A DNA stretch of 64,000 nucleotides from Candidatus Binatia bacterium (GCA_963664395.2 OY761159.2:1472001-1536000); one strand, 5' to 3'; counted from the first letter of the stretch, positions 10,582 to 20,985 are shown. Translations and numbers: made by a program. The notes: generated by a model from the sequence alone, not told the origin.

Positions 10582-11451
10582 ATGAAAGGCATTATTCTCG
10601 CGGGTGGTTCTGGTACCCGGCTGTATCCCATTACCCGGGCAATCAGCAAACAGCTCATGCCAATCTACGATAAACCCATGATCTATTACCCGCTCTCCAC
10701 GCTCATGCTGGCAGGGATTCGTCAGGTCCTGGTCATTACCACACCCCATGAGCAGGAGGGCTTTCGGCGTCTCTTGAAAGACGGTCAGTGGCTTGGAATA
10801 GACATCAGCTACGCGACGCAACCCCGCCCCGAGGGCATTGCCCAAGCTTTTCTGATTGGCCGTGATTTCATTGGCAGCGACGCGGTTGCGCTTGTCCTTG
10901 GCGATAACATCTTCTATGGACACGGCTTTCCGGACTCGCTGCGTGTAGCGACTCAGCGTACGAGTGGGGCAACTATTTTTGCCTATCAAGTCCGTGACCC
11001 GGAACGGTACGGCGTGGTTGAATTCGATGCCCAAGGACGGGCCATCAGTCTCGAAGAGAAGCCGTCCAAACCACGCTCGAGCTATGCTATCACCGGTCTC
11101 TATTTCTACGACAACCAGATTGTCTCTCTCGCCTCAGACCTCATACCCTCCAACCGGGAAGAATTGGAAATCACTGATGTGAATCGGGCCTATCTTCGTC
11201 TGGGAGGTCTGCATGTTGAAAAACTCGGTCGAGGAATCGCCTGGTTGGACACCGGGACACATGAGTCGCTGCTCCACGCCTCGAATTTTATTCAAGCCCT
11301 GCAAGACCGACAGGGCTTGATGGTCGCCTGTGTCGAAGAGATAGCCTATAGCATGGGCTATATTTCCGAAACCGAGGTGATCCAGCAGGCCGATAGCATG
11401 AAGGGAAATGCCTACGGCCAATATCTCTTACGTTTGATTCAGACTGACTAG
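10582..11451 (+). CDS. rfbA: glucose-1-phosphate thymidylyltransferase
   Basis: [32 protein letters not shown] and AWLDTGT motifs. Confidence 0.97.
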   Translation: MKGIILAGGSGTRLYPITRAISKQLMPIYDKPMIYYPLSTLMLAGIRQVLVITTPHEQEGFRRLLKDGQWLGIDISYATQPRPEGIAQAFLIGRDFIGSDAVALVLGDNIFYGHGFPDSLRVATQRTSGATIFAYQVRDPERYGVVEFDAQGRAISLEEKPSKPRSSYAITGLYFYDNQIVSLASDLIPSNREELEITDVNRAYLRLGGLHVEKLGRGIAWLDTGTHESLLHASNFIQALQDRQGLMVACVEEIAYSMGYISETEVIQQADSMKGNAYGQYLLRLIQTD

Positions 11452-11458
11452 ATAAGAC

Positions 11459-12013
11459 ATGCGATTTCTCCCGACCGGACTGCCCGGCGTTATTGTGGTT
11501 GAACCAGACGTGTACCACGATGCACGCGGTTTCTTCCTCGAAACCTACCATGCTCGTACATATCAGGAGGGTGGGATCAAGGCGACTTTTGTCCAGGATA
11601 ACCATTCACAATCATCCCACGGCACGCTCCGAGGACTCCACGCCCAGCTCCGACACCCGCAAGGAAAACTGATACGGGCCTTGGAAGGCGAAATTTTTGA
11701 CGTTGCGGTGGATATTCGGCGAGGATCGGCAACATTTACGCAATGGATAAGCGTTGTCCTATCAGCCAAGAATTTTCGCCAGTTATATATTCCACCTGGC
11801 TTTGCCCATGGCTTTGCTGTCCTCAGTGAACGCGCTCAAATTGCCTATAAGTGTACGAATTTCTATGATCCAACCGATGAAATCAGTCTGGCCTGGAATG
11901 ATCCGGATATAGGCGTTGAGTGGCCACTGAGGACGCCCATGCTCTCGGAAAAGGACCTTGCTGCTTCCTTCATTCGAGATATTGAAGAATCCTTACCACT
12001 ATTTCAGCCATAA
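11459..12013 (+). CDS. rfbC: dTDP-4-dehydrorhamnose 3,5-epimerase
   Basis: [22 protein letters not shown] and IPPGFAHGF motifs. Confidence 0.96.
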   Translation: MRFLPTGLPGVIVVEPDVYHDARGFFLETYHARTYQEGGIKATFVQDNHSQSSHGTLRGLHAQLRHPQGKLIRALEGEIFDVAVDIRRGSATFTQWISVVLSAKNFRQLYIPPGFAHGFAVLSERAQIAYKCTNFYDPTDEISLAWNDPDIGVEWPLRTPMLSEKDLAASFIRDIEESLPLFQP

Positions 12014-12016
12014 CCA

Positions 12017-12045
12017 AGACCGGAGTAGACCGGAGTAGACCGGAA
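12017..12045. repeat. 10-bp tandem repeat AGACCGGAGT x~2.9
   Basis: Directly visible after the rfbC stop. Confidence 0.85.
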
Positions 12046-12099
12046 CAGAGGCTCCATCTCCGCCGACCTCCCGAAGCTGGTAATCGTGTCAACCGTATT

Positions 12100-12912
12100 A
12101 TGGGATATTTTGATGCCTTTCTGCTCGCTGTCCTGCAAGGTTTAACCGAGTTTCTTCCTGTTTCTTCTTCCGGCCACCTCGTCCTTGCCCAATATTTCTT
12201 TGGCAGTTCAGGAGAAATTGACCTCCTGTATAACATCGCCCTTCATGCGGCGACTGCAGTCGCTCTCCTGACCTATTTCCGTCAAGACATTTACATGCTG
12301 TGTACCGGCCTCAGCCGCACCACGCAGCCTTCGTCGAGCGTATTCTCTGGGCACGAAAGACAAACCGTTATCTATATCATTCTGGCCTTGATTCCGACTG
12401 CACTCATAGGACTCTGCATCGACACAATCTTTATTTCATTTTTTACCCGACCCGATGTCGTCGGCTGTATGTTCCTCCTGACGGGTTTCTTCCTCTGGTG
12501 GGGCAAAGGACAAGAACCCTATCCTGCGACGGCACAAATGCGCGCGGTCCACGCTCTCGTGATCGGCATCCTTCAGGGTCTTGCCGTTATCCCAGGGATA
12601 TCTCGTTCCGGGGCGACGATTACAGGAGGCATCTTACTTGGTCTGAATAGAGAACTTGCAGCACGCTTTTCCTTGCTCATATCCGTTCCGGCTATTCTTG
12701 GGGCAAGCCTGCTTGAAGTCTCAAAGCTGGAGGAACAGACCCTCCCGCCACTCGGCCCCTACTTCACAGGTATGGTTGTTGCCGGTGGCGTCGGCTATGC
12801 TGCAATTACCCTTATTCTACGCCTCGTCCGACAAGATCGATTTTACCTTTTTGTGTGGTATTTATGGCCCCTCGGTGGTCTCGTGAGCATAGGATTCCAC
12901 CTGCTGAGGTAA
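12100..12912 (+). CDS. uppP: undecaprenyl-diphosphate phosphatase
   Basis: QGLTEFLPVSSSGHL and PGISRSGAT motifs; multi-TM. Confidence 0.95.
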   Translation: MGYFDAFLLAVLQGLTEFLPVSSSGHLVLAQYFFGSSGEIDLLYNIALHAATAVALLTYFRQDIYMLCTGLSRTTQPSSSVFSGHERQTVIYIILALIPTALIGLCIDTIFISFFTRPDVVGCMFLLTGFFLWWGKGQEPYPATAQMRAVHALVIGILQGLAVIPGISRSGATITGGILLGLNRELAARFSLLISVPAILGASLLEVSKLEEQTLPPLGPYFTGMVVAGGVGYAAITLILRLVRQDRFYLFVWYLWPLGGLVSIGFHLLR

Positions 12913-12996
12913 CGCTATTCCCGTTTTGCCAAGCAGAGTAGCGTCCCGCTCTCTTGTCAGACTCGCCAGAAGAACCGTGTCCGGAGAAGAGCCAGA

Positions 12997-13485
12997 TTAT
13001 TCTTCCGGCTTGATTATTGTGGGGGGGAGAGTGTCAGCCGACGCGCCGATACGAATGATGAGCGTCCCACCTTGGTGTTTGCGACCACCAACAAAGAGCA
13101 TACCACGATTCGGAATTGATAAGAGCGTACTCATAAGTGGAGAAGGAGATATTCCTTCCATAAGCATCACGTGAAGAGCAATCTGTTCATTCACATACTC
13201 TTTTGGAACAACCTGGAGAAACCGTCCGCCGGGCAGAGAAAAATTCGCCTGTTTGCCAAAACCAACTTTGCGGTGTTCCTCCTGAACCAAGCGATAGGCA
13301 GAATAGCGAAAAGCTAAAAGCTGAGAGCGCATCCCGGTCAGGCGCGTATCAAATTCTTGTGAGGTGTCGGTTGCCAGGACGGTCTCAACACGGAGATGCA
13401 CCATGTCCCCCGCGTCGGCTGAGGCAGTACAAAGGAAAAGTCCGAGAACGGCCGGAACGGGAAAGGTCAGGCGACACATATTCAT
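12997..13485 (-). CDS. exported hypothetical protein
   Basis: Signal-peptide-like N-terminus; 4-bp overlap with the anti-sigma gene. Confidence 0.7.
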   Translation of the reverse strand: MNMCRLTFPVPAVLGLFLCTASADAGDMVHLRVETVLATDTSQEFDTRLTGMRSQLLAFRYSAYRLVQEEHRKVGFGKQANFSLPGGRFLQVVPKEYVNEQIALHVMLMEGISPSPLMSTLLSIPNRGMLFVGGRKHQGGTLIIRIGASADTLPPTIIKPEE

Positions 13486-14036
13486 GGCAGCTCTTCCCCC
13501 AGTGCATCATCGACCCAGATAACTGTGGCATTACTCGTCGGCTCATTCCAGACCAGGACGGTCGAGGTCACAGATAAGGATTCGATCTGGGCTTGATTGT
13601 TGAAGGCAAGCATCATGGGCTTCCGTTCCACAGGGATGCTCACAGTTTCTCTCGAAGTTGGGAGTTGGGTGAAGACAACCGCGGCAAACAGACACAGCAC
13701 AACAGCCGTTGCCCACACAGGAATACTCCACGAAAAGGGAGCATTCCACTGCATGCGCCAGAGTCGAAAACGACTCGACCACTGGCTCGCTCGAGGTGGA
13801 GATTGATCCTCTATCCCCCGCTCAATACGAGCCCATAAATCTGAAAAATCAATACAAGAGACTTCCTCGCCGAGCATCTGACACAGAGTCTCGTGCGTGC
13901 GTTCAAGCATCCGCATCCGGCGGGTACACGCTGGACAATCAGCAATCTGAAAAGCCACTTCGCGCCGCCGGGCCTCATCAAGCTCGCCGTCGTACACAAG
14001 AGGGATAAGACGCGCGGGGTGAGAACAGCTCATCAT
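13482..14036 (-). CDS. zinc-finger (zf-HC2-like) anti-sigma factor
   Basis: C..LIPLVYDGEL...QIADCPAC, one TM helix, directly downstream of an ECF sigma; alternative start 14105. Confidence 0.8.
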   Translation of the reverse strand: MMSCSHPARLIPLVYDGELDEARRREVAFQIADCPACTRRMRMLERTHETLCQMLGEEVSCIDFSDLWARIERGIEDQSPPRASQWSSRFRLWRMQWNAPFSWSIPVWATAVVLCLFAAVVFTQLPTSRETVSIPVERKPMMLAFNNQAQIESLSVTSTVLVWNEPTSNATVIWVDDALGEELP

Positions 14037-14143
14037 AGGTTGCTCTACCCTGATCTTAACGAGCTTCCCATCGGGCAGAGCGGGGGAAGGAGGGTGATGG
14101 TGCATTACAACAGGGATGAATCATACGTAGGAAACAGTCTTGA

Positions 14144-14710
14144 TTAGAGGTCCTGCCCCAGGCGTGCCTGAAGCCTTTTTCTTGCATAGTGCAGACGGCT
14201 CATCACAGTTCCCCTGGAACACTGTAACACGTGACTGATCTCTTCGTAGGACAGTCCTTCGACTGCCCTCAGTAATATGACCGCTTTGTGGATGGGCGTC
14301 AACTCGTCAATGGCGGCCCAAATATGCTGTCCAAGCTCTCTATCGGCAACTTGATCTGAAGGATCAAGTCCCTGCGTATCTGGAATACTCTCAATCCAAT
14401 CGTCATCTCCCCTTGACTGATGTCGCTCGAATAGTGATCTGCGGCTACGTTGGCGTTGTCGGTCAATAGAGAGATTTACAACGATTCGATATAACCATGT
14501 GTAAAAACTGGATTCCTCCTTAAACTTGCGGATACTCACAAAAACCTTGGCAAACGCCTCTTGGGCGACATCGAGTGCATCGTCACGGTCGTTGAGCATG
14601 CCCAGCGCAATTGCCACGGCCTTTCGCTGATACCGCTCGACCAGTTCTTGAAACGCCTGTCGGTCATCCTGCTTACAACGCCGGACGAGTTCCCAATCGC
14701 TTACTTCCAC
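14144..14710 (-). CDS. ECF RNA polymerase sigma factor (RpoE-like)
   Basis: DALDVAQEAF, SSFYTWLYRI and GLSYEEI...GTVMSRLHYAR motifs. Confidence 0.93.
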   Translation of the reverse strand: MEVSDWELVRRCKQDDRQAFQELVERYQRKAVAIALGMLNDRDDALDVAQEAFAKVFVSIRKFKEESSFYTWLYRIVVNLSIDRQRQRSRRSLFERHQSRGDDDWIESIPDTQGLDPSDQVADRELGQHIWAAIDELTPIHKAVILLRAVEGLSYEEISHVLQCSRGTVMSRLHYARKRLQARLGQDL

Positions 14711-15026
14711 CGTTTTCCAGCATCCTTAGGGTGAGACGTGAGGGCAGCTATTCTATTCAGCAGAACATAGCCAAAAGATACGGAGGCATGCCACAGACCA
14801 TGGCAGTCTATAATATCGAGCAATCGTCTTTCCTCATAGGCCCTTACCGACTGGGAGAACAAATGAAAGGCGCATGAATGTCTCGGGAGTTTTCACGTCC
14901 AACAGCAGCAGATAAAACACTATTCCTTTGAGCAACTTGACAAGAAGGGAAACCGGTCTTAAAGATTCCTGCCAAAAGCAGATTTTTGTTATCCACACAT
15001 TGCCCAGTCCGAGGCGCAAAAAGACC

Positions 15027-15785
15027 ATGATAGAAGTACAAAATCTTACCAAACGCTATGGTGACTTGACCGCGGTGTCTGACATTTCATTCCAGGCTGC
15101 GTCCGGTCAGATTCTTGGGCTTTTAGGACCTAACGGTTCTGGGAAAACCACGACCATGCGCATTATTACGGGCTATATGCCAGCAACAGCGGGAACCGTC
15201 AAAGTGGCCGGCTTCGACATCTTTGATGAGTCCTTTGAGGCCCGCAAACGGATTGGGTATCTCCCGGAAACCCCACCGCTCTATAACGATATGACGGTCA
15301 CCGCCTATTTGCGTTTTGTCGCACGCATCAAAGGCATGGCTCGCTCGGATATCCCGGACGCCCTAGACCGTGCCCTTGAACGCTGTGGACTGACTGAGGT
15401 CGCTCAGCGTGTCACAGGCTATCTTTCAAAAGGCTATCGGCAACGGGTGGGACTTGCCCAGGCGATTATCCATAACCCTGCCGTACTGATTCTCGATGAG
15501 CCAACGATCGGCCTCGACCCGCAGCAGATTATTGGCATCCGGTCCTTGATTAAAGAGCTGGCTGGTGAACATACCGTTGTCCTGTCCACTCATATCCTGC
15601 CCGAAGTCGCCCAGGTGTGTGAGAAAGTCGTGATCATTAATGCCGGAAAAGTAGTGGCCGAGGATATGATAGCGAACCTCGCCCAAGACCAGACGCTCGA
15701 AGACGTGTTTCTCAAAGCCATTGCACACGAAGAGCCGGGAGCGGAGGAACAGGTGGAGGAGGCTACGGAATGCGAAACGTATTAA
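15027..15785 (+). CDS. ABC transporter ATP-binding protein (GldA-like)
   Basis: GPNGSGKTT, LSKGYRQRVGLAQA, ILDEPT and STH motifs. Confidence 0.93.
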   Translation: MIEVQNLTKRYGDLTAVSDISFQAASGQILGLLGPNGSGKTTTMRIITGYMPATAGTVKVAGFDIFDESFEARKRIGYLPETPPLYNDMTVTAYLRFVARIKGMARSDIPDALDRALERCGLTEVAQRVTGYLSKGYRQRVGLAQAIIHNPAVLILDEPTIGLDPQQIIGIRSLIKELAGEHTVVLSTHILPEVAQVCEKVVIINAGKVVAEDMIANLAQDQTLEDVFLKAIAHEEPGAEEQVEEATECETY

Positions 15786-16540
15786 CAATCATTCGCAAAG
15801 AGCTGCGCGCGTATTTTGTCTCGCCCATCGCCTACGTCGTCCTGACTGGATTCCTCCTATTAGGCGGCTGGTTTTTCTTTAACCTCCTCTCCCGCTTTAA
15901 CGTGTTGCTCAGTATTTATACCCAGTTACAGCAGGGCGCAGCGGATCAGCTGAATCTGAACGATTTTGTCATTGCCCCGCTGATGCACAACCTGGCTATT
16001 ATCCTCGTCATTCTCGTTCCCATGATCACTATGCGCGCCTATGCGGAAGAAAAAAAAGGTGGCACCTACGAACTCTTACTGACCTCTCCGCTCCGAGCCG
16101 GCGAAATTGTGTTAGGTAAATTCCTGGCTTCGTTTCTGTTCATCTGCATCATGCTTGGCATGACAGGGGTATACCCGGCGGTGCTGATTGCGTTTGGCAA
16201 TCCGGAGCTTGGAGTCCTGCTGGCCGGCTATCTCGGGTTGCTCCTATTGGCGACTTCCTTTGTCGCAGTAGGCCTCCTCACCTCGTCGTTTACCGAAAAC
16301 CAAATCATTGCCGCAGTGAGCGGGCTGGTGGCCACCCTGCTGCTGTATATTATCGGGTGGCCGGCAGATACCGCCGGCGATGTACTTGGACCCCTCCTGC
16401 GCTATTTATCCATCACCGAACACTTTGCTGAAATGGTCAACGGCCTCATTGACACGCAAGATTTAGTGTATTTTGTCAGCCTTATCCTACTGTCTTTATT
16501 CTTAACCCAGCGTTCGATTGAATCGCTGCGCTGGAGGTAA
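15770..16540 (+). CDS. ABC-2 permease (GldF-like)
   Basis: KELRAYFVSPIAY and EEKKGGTYELLLTSP motifs; multi-TM. Confidence 0.9.
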   Translation: MRNVLTIIRKELRAYFVSPIAYVVLTGFLLLGGWFFFNLLSRFNVLLSIYTQLQQGAADQLNLNDFVIAPLMHNLAIILVILVPMITMRAYAEEKKGGTYELLLTSPLRAGEIVLGKFLASFLFICIMLGMTGVYPAVLIAFGNPELGVLLAGYLGLLLLATSFVAVGLLTSSFTENQIIAAVSGLVATLLLYIIGWPADTAGDVLGPLLRYLSITEHFAEMVNGLIDTQDLVYFVSLILLSLFLTQRSIESLRWR

Positions 16541-16544
16541 TCAC

Positions 16545-18095
16545 ATGGCGCGTCTTGGTTCGTTTTACGGGATGGTCGGGGTCATTCTGTTGCTATTTGC
16601 AGGAGTGGCATATTTTCTGACCCGCCAGTTTTCGGTGTATGTTCTCGTTCACACGCTGACCGGCTTCGTTGCTGTTATTACTGCCTTGGTCTCGTCCAAA
16701 GGGTCGATCAAAATCTTTCTTGGCGCGCGTTCGACCAAATACGGAGCCAGCGCCGCAGCCTATTCCCTGCTCTTTATCGGTATTCTCATCCTGGTGAATT
16801 ATCTGTCCACCCGTCATCACCATCGCTTCGACTTGACTGAGGCCAATATCTATAGTCTTTCTCAACAGTCAGAGAACGTGCTCCGCCAGTTGGATAAAAA
16901 ACTTGAAATTGACGCCTTTGTCCAGGCCGGCTCGGACCCTCAGCTGCGCGAGCTGCTGAGTAGCTATGAGTATGATTCGGACAACGTTGCCTCCCGGATT
17001 ATCGATCCTGACCAACGGCCCGATCTGGCCGAGCGATTTCAGGTCACAACAATGCCGACCATTGTGTTACGGTATGGAGACCGGACCAATCTGATTAGCA
17101 AAACAACAGAAGAAGACCTGACCAACGGCATCATCAAAATCTCCCGTCCGGACAAGAAAACCATTTACTTTCTCGAAGGTCACGGAGAGCCAAGCACCAA
17201 GGACCTCCAGGATTCCGGGAGTTACGGGCAACTCAGGACCGCGCTTGAAAACGAGGGCTATGCAGTCAACACGCTTGTCCTCTCGCCGGATACATCCGTA
17301 CCAGAAGAAGCCAATCTTCTGATCGTTGCCGGGGCGCAGCGTTCATTACTCGTACATGAGACCCAGTTGATTGACGCTTATTTGAAAAAAGCCGGAGCGG
17401 CGCTCTTTTTACTCAACCCACGGGCAACGCCGGAGTTGGTTCCGTATCTTGCCCAGTGGGGTGTTCAGGTTGGCAATGATGTCATTGTAGATGAACAACT
17501 CCAACTGTTACGCGGTCGGACGTTTACCCTTACCCCATTGGCTCAGACCTATGGTGAACATCCGATTACTACAGACCTGAGTCGACGCGGCTCGGCGGCT
17601 CTGACTGCATACGGAATTTCCCGCTCGGTTGAAGCGGACGCAGCCGGCCTGACTGGAATCACACCAACCAGCTTGGTCAAAACCGGGCCGAGCGCGTGGG
17701 CGGAAACCGACCTTGAGGAAGTATTCCAAAAACAAAGCGTCCGCCTCGACGATCATGATCGTAAAGGTCCCATCTCGCTGGCCACCGCGGTCACAGTCAA
17801 TCTGAAAGAAATGGATAAGGAGCTTGAGGACTCAGCCCGGATGGTTGTATTCGGCAATGCCGGCTTTGCAAACAACCAGTTTATCGGCCAGTATTTTAAT
17901 CGGGACTTGTTACTGAACACCGTGAGTTGGCTCGTCGGGGAGGAAGAGCTTATTTCTATCCGCCCCCGGACCATTCGCGCTTCACGCGTTCAGCTGACTG
18001 CCGATCAAGGGACGACGGTCTTTTATCTGTCCGTCCTGATCCTGCCCGAGATATTGCTCATTGCCGGGCTCGCCACGTGGTGGCGGCGGCGTTAA
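16545..18095 (+). CDS. GldG-like ABC auxiliary component
   Basis: RFDLTEANIYSLS, IYFLEGHGE and NRDLLLNTVSWL motifs; C-terminal TM ending WWRRR. Confidence 0.88.
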   Translation: MARLGSFYGMVGVILLLFAGVAYFLTRQFSVYVLVHTLTGFVAVITALVSSKGSIKIFLGARSTKYGASAAAYSLLFIGILILVNYLSTRHHHRFDLTEANIYSLSQQSENVLRQLDKKLEIDAFVQAGSDPQLRELLSSYEYDSDNVASRIIDPDQRPDLAERFQVTTMPTIVLRYGDRTNLISKTTEEDLTNGIIKISRPDKKTIYFLEGHGEPSTKDLQDSGSYGQLRTALENEGYAVNTLVLSPDTSVPEEANLLIVAGAQRSLLVHETQLIDAYLKKAGAALFLLNPRATPELVPYLAQWGVQVGNDVIVDEQLQLLRGRTFTLTPLAQTYGEHPITTDLSRRGSAALTAYGISRSVEADAAGLTGITPTSLVKTGPSAWAETDLEEVFQKQSVRLDDHDRKGPISLATAVTVNLKEMDKELEDSARMVVFGNAGFANNQFIGQYFNRDLLLNTVSWLVGEEELISIRPRTIRASRVQLTADQGTTVFYLSVLILPEILLIAGLATWWRRR

Positions 18096-18122
18096 CCCGC
18101 CCGTGTCTCTTGTACTCTGCTT

Positions 18123-19559
18123 ATGAGTGTACCACGAACTATTCTCATGCTGCTCGTCCTGCTTGGCTTGGGGACGTATGTCTATTTTGTTGAGCTGCCA
18201 AAAGCCAAGCAGGATGCGGAGAAACCGACGGTTCTGGCATTTGAGAAGGAGGCGGTTGATACGCTGAGCCTGACCTATCCTGAGCGAGAAATTCGCCTGC
18301 AACAGACCGCACCGGGCGAGTGGGACATCACCGCTCCTATCCAGACGAAAGCCGACGATACGACGGTGAATAATATGTTGACCACCATAGTAGACGAAGA
18401 GGTCACACGCAGCCTTCTCCCCGAAGAGCCGGTCGATCTCGCCTTGTACGGCTTAGCTCAGCCGCCAGTCATTATGCAAATTAGCCTGCAGGACGGCACG
18501 CCGCTGCCGAAAGTGTCAATCGGCAAAGACACGCCAGTAGGGTTTTCCGTCTATGTTCAAAAAGAAGGCGACCCGCAGCTCCATCTCACCCGCCAGGCAT
18601 TTCGCTTGGGACTCACGAAAGAAGTCAAAGAACTGCGGGACAAAACGGTGCTGCCGTTTGATACAGCCCGTGTCACCCGGATAGCAATCAAGACCTCTGA
18701 GACGAGTATTATTTTGGCCAAGGCGGATACTGGATGGACATTTGAACACCTCGCTCCACACGCAGTCGACGCGCCCGTCGTCCAAACCTATCTTTCGACC
18801 TTGGAGGGCATGCGGGCGGAAGATTTCGTTGAGCAACCGCTGCTCGAAATGTCAGCCCTCGGCCTCGACCCGGCTCAACTGACAGTGTCGCTCCACCTTG
18901 GGGAAGACACGACCCGTACGCTCTCTGTTGGAGACGAGAAAAGTGCGGACGCTGGGGCAACCCAACGCTACCTCAAACGTGACGATGGAGAAACGCTCTA
19001 TCTTGTGCGCGCGGATCTTCTGAAAGATCTGAGTAAGTCCGTCGCTGACTTTCGAGATAAGACCGTTGTCAGCATACCGGAAGAGGACATCACACAAGTG
19101 GTGGTGACGCGCCAAGGGGGAGACGGGTTTACTATTGCGCGGGGAAAAGAGAACACATGGGGAATTGACACAAAGTCTGAGGGTACGCTCATGACGGCAA
19201 CCCTCAGTCAATTTGTGGCTGACCTGCGCGAATTGCGTGGATTTGAAATCGCCGCCGATAACCCAGAAGACTTGAGTCTCTACGGGCTCGCTCTGCCGAC
19301 GATCACCCTTGTCGCCGCAGATGAGTCCGGCGAAAAACTGGCGACTGTTTTTCTCGGTCAGGCAACACAGGATGGAACGGAGAAGCGCTTTGCCATGCGG
19401 GAAGGGGGAGAGACGGTCTTTACCCTGCGGGATTATGTTTTCTTTCGGTTCGATAAAAATCCGGAAGATTTTTGGGAAAAGCCGGAAGAAGAAATCTCTC
19501 CTGTCTCAAAAACGGACGGTGGAGAAGAGTCTCCTCTTGAAGAAGAGTCGCTAGAATAA
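18123..19559 (+). CDS. DUF4340 domain protein
   Basis: N-terminal TM, repeated LRDKTV/FRDKTV and YGL..P units; usual position after gldG-like genes. Confidence 0.82.
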   Translation: MSVPRTILMLLVLLGLGTYVYFVELPKAKQDAEKPTVLAFEKEAVDTLSLTYPEREIRLQQTAPGEWDITAPIQTKADDTTVNNMLTTIVDEEVTRSLLPEEPVDLALYGLAQPPVIMQISLQDGTPLPKVSIGKDTPVGFSVYVQKEGDPQLHLTRQAFRLGLTKEVKELRDKTVLPFDTARVTRIAIKTSETSIILAKADTGWTFEHLAPHAVDAPVVQTYLSTLEGMRAEDFVEQPLLEMSALGLDPAQLTVSLHLGEDTTRTLSVGDEKSADAGATQRYLKRDDGETLYLVRADLLKDLSKSVADFRDKTVVSIPEEDITQVVVTRQGGDGFTIARGKENTWGIDTKSEGTLMTATLSQFVADLRELRGFEIAADNPEDLSLYGLALPTITLVAADESGEKLATVFLGQATQDGTEKRFAMREGGETVFTLRDYVFFRFDKNPEDFWEKPEEEISPVSKTDGGEESPLEEESLE

Positions 19560-19686
19560 GGAGTTCTCCTGTCCTGCTGCGCACATGAATGAGACGAATG
19601 AGGCGCAGGTTGCTTAATAAAAAAGAGAGGGGTGTCTTTTCAGACACCCCAAGAAAAACCTCGTACCCACCGCGGATCACGTCTTA

Positions 19687-20397
19687 CTAATTTTCAATCA
19701 CCACTTCGACCCGACGGTTTTTGGCTCGGCCGGCTGTGTTATCCGACCCATCGGGGGTCGTATTTGGCGCAACAGGATAACGCTCACCATACCCCGTTGT
19801 CGTAATACGCGCCTGATCGACACCAGATGTCGCCAAGGTACTGGTGACACTCCCGGCCCGTCTTTCAGACAAGCGTTGGTTCGCTGCTTCGCCGCCAATA
19901 GCGTCGGTGTGACCTTCAATCGATACCCGTCGCCCACGAGCCTGATTATTCAGCACGTCAGCAATGCCCTGGACTCGACTTTGAGCATCACCGGTCAAAT
20001 CAGACTGACCGAATTCAAACAACACATCCGGAAGATTGACCACCACGCCGCGCTCAGTCTCACGTGCCTCAAGATTGCGTCGCTTGAGTTCTTCAAGCAG
20101 TTGGCGGTTGCGCGATATTTCTTGGCGTTGGTGATCAATTTGCTGCTCGTTCGCTGCCATTTCATTATCGCGCTTTTGAAATTGATTCCCGACGACTGCG
20201 CCGGTGATGCCACCCAGCGCCCCGCCGATGGCTGCCCCGGCGCCAGGATTCCCAAGCGCGGCCCCGATAATCGCTCCGGCGCCAGCCCCGAGACCTGCAC
20301 CACCCAGCGTCGCCTTCTCTCGGGTTGACAAGGGCTGCGCACAGCCCATCACGAAGACGAGCATGAACGTCAGCAGATATAGAACCGTCTTTTTCAT
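19687..20397 (-). CDS. OmpA-family lipoprotein with glycine zipper
   Basis: Lipobox VMGC, Gly-zipper, IEGHTD, NQRLSERRA and NRRVEV motifs. Confidence 0.92.
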   Translation of the reverse strand: MKKTVLYLLTFMLVFVMGCAQPLSTREKATLGGAGLGAGAGAIIGAALGNPGAGAAIGGALGGITGAVVGNQFQKRDNEMAANEQQIDHQRQEISRNRQLLEELKRRNLEARETERGVVVNLPDVLFEFGQSDLTGDAQSRVQGIADVLNNQARGRRVSIEGHTDAIGGEAANQRLSERRAGSVTSTLATSGVDQARITTTGYGERYPVAPNTTPDGSDNTAGRAKNRRVEVVIEN

Positions 20398-20417
20398 AGC
20401 CAACACTGTACCCCCGT

Positions 20418-20762
20418 CTAGTATTCTTGCTGCCGCTTGAGGTCTTCGAGTTCACGCCGTTGCTGTTCAATTTCGCGACGCTGCTGCTCAAGCTCAAGCT
20501 GCTGTATATTCTGTTGGTTTTCCTGATTCTGCATTTTGTTACCAACGACTGCGCCGGTGACGCCACCCAGCGCCCCACCGATGGCTGCCCCAGCCCCTGG
20601 ATTTCCAACCACGGCACCGATAATCGCGCCTGTGGCGGCACCGAGACCTGCACCCCCCAGCGTTCCCTTCTCTCGGGTTGAGAGTGGTTGAGAGCACGCA
20701 CTCAGAAAAAATACCGATAGCACCAGGACGCCACCCCATCGTATTCCGCTCTTCATGAACAT
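20418..20762 (-). CDS. glycine-zipper lipoprotein
   Basis: Lipobox LSAC, Gly-zipper, Gln-rich coiled coil; GGAGG RBS. Confidence 0.85.
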   Translation of the reverse strand: MFMKSGIRWGGVLVLSVFFLSACSQPLSTREKGTLGGAGLGAATGAIIGAVVGNPGAGAAIGGALGGVTGAVVGNKMQNQENQQNIQQLELEQQRREIEQQRRELEDLKRQQEY

Positions 20763-20831
20763 CCCACACCTCCCAGACTATGACCTTCCAAAATTCCGCT
20801 CCGATATGCAGAGCAAGCCCTAACTTTTTCT

Positions 20832-20860
20832 ACTTTAATCGGCTCCCGGTATCGGGTCAA
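20832..20860 (-). promoter_or_regulatory. putative sigma70 promoter
   Basis: Minus strand TTGACC-N17-TAAAGT upstream of the glycine-zipper gene. Confidence 0.5.
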
Positions 20861-20862
20861 TA

Positions 20863-20985
20863 TCAAGGGGACTCATCATTTGACTCGGCAGAGTAATGAC
20901 GCAACGAAGCCCATACCAGGCCCATAACGCCAAGGAGGAGAATGCTGCCTATCACCAAGAGGACAACGCGCACTCGTTGACTCAT
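20863..20985 (-). CDS. putative 40-aa single-TM small protein
   Basis: MSQRVRVVLLVIGSILLLGVMGLVWASLRHYSAESNDESP*, starting 6 bp after the ileS stop; below the ORF-track cutoff. Confidence 0.55.
   Translation of the reverse strand: MSQRVRVVLLVIGSILLLGVMGLVWASLRHYSAESNDESP

Noticed and set aside
15027-19559. Gld-like ABC module as evidence of gliding motility
   Set aside because: The GldA/F/G-like plus DUF4340 module is widespread in non-gliding bacteria, and no other gliding genes are present.
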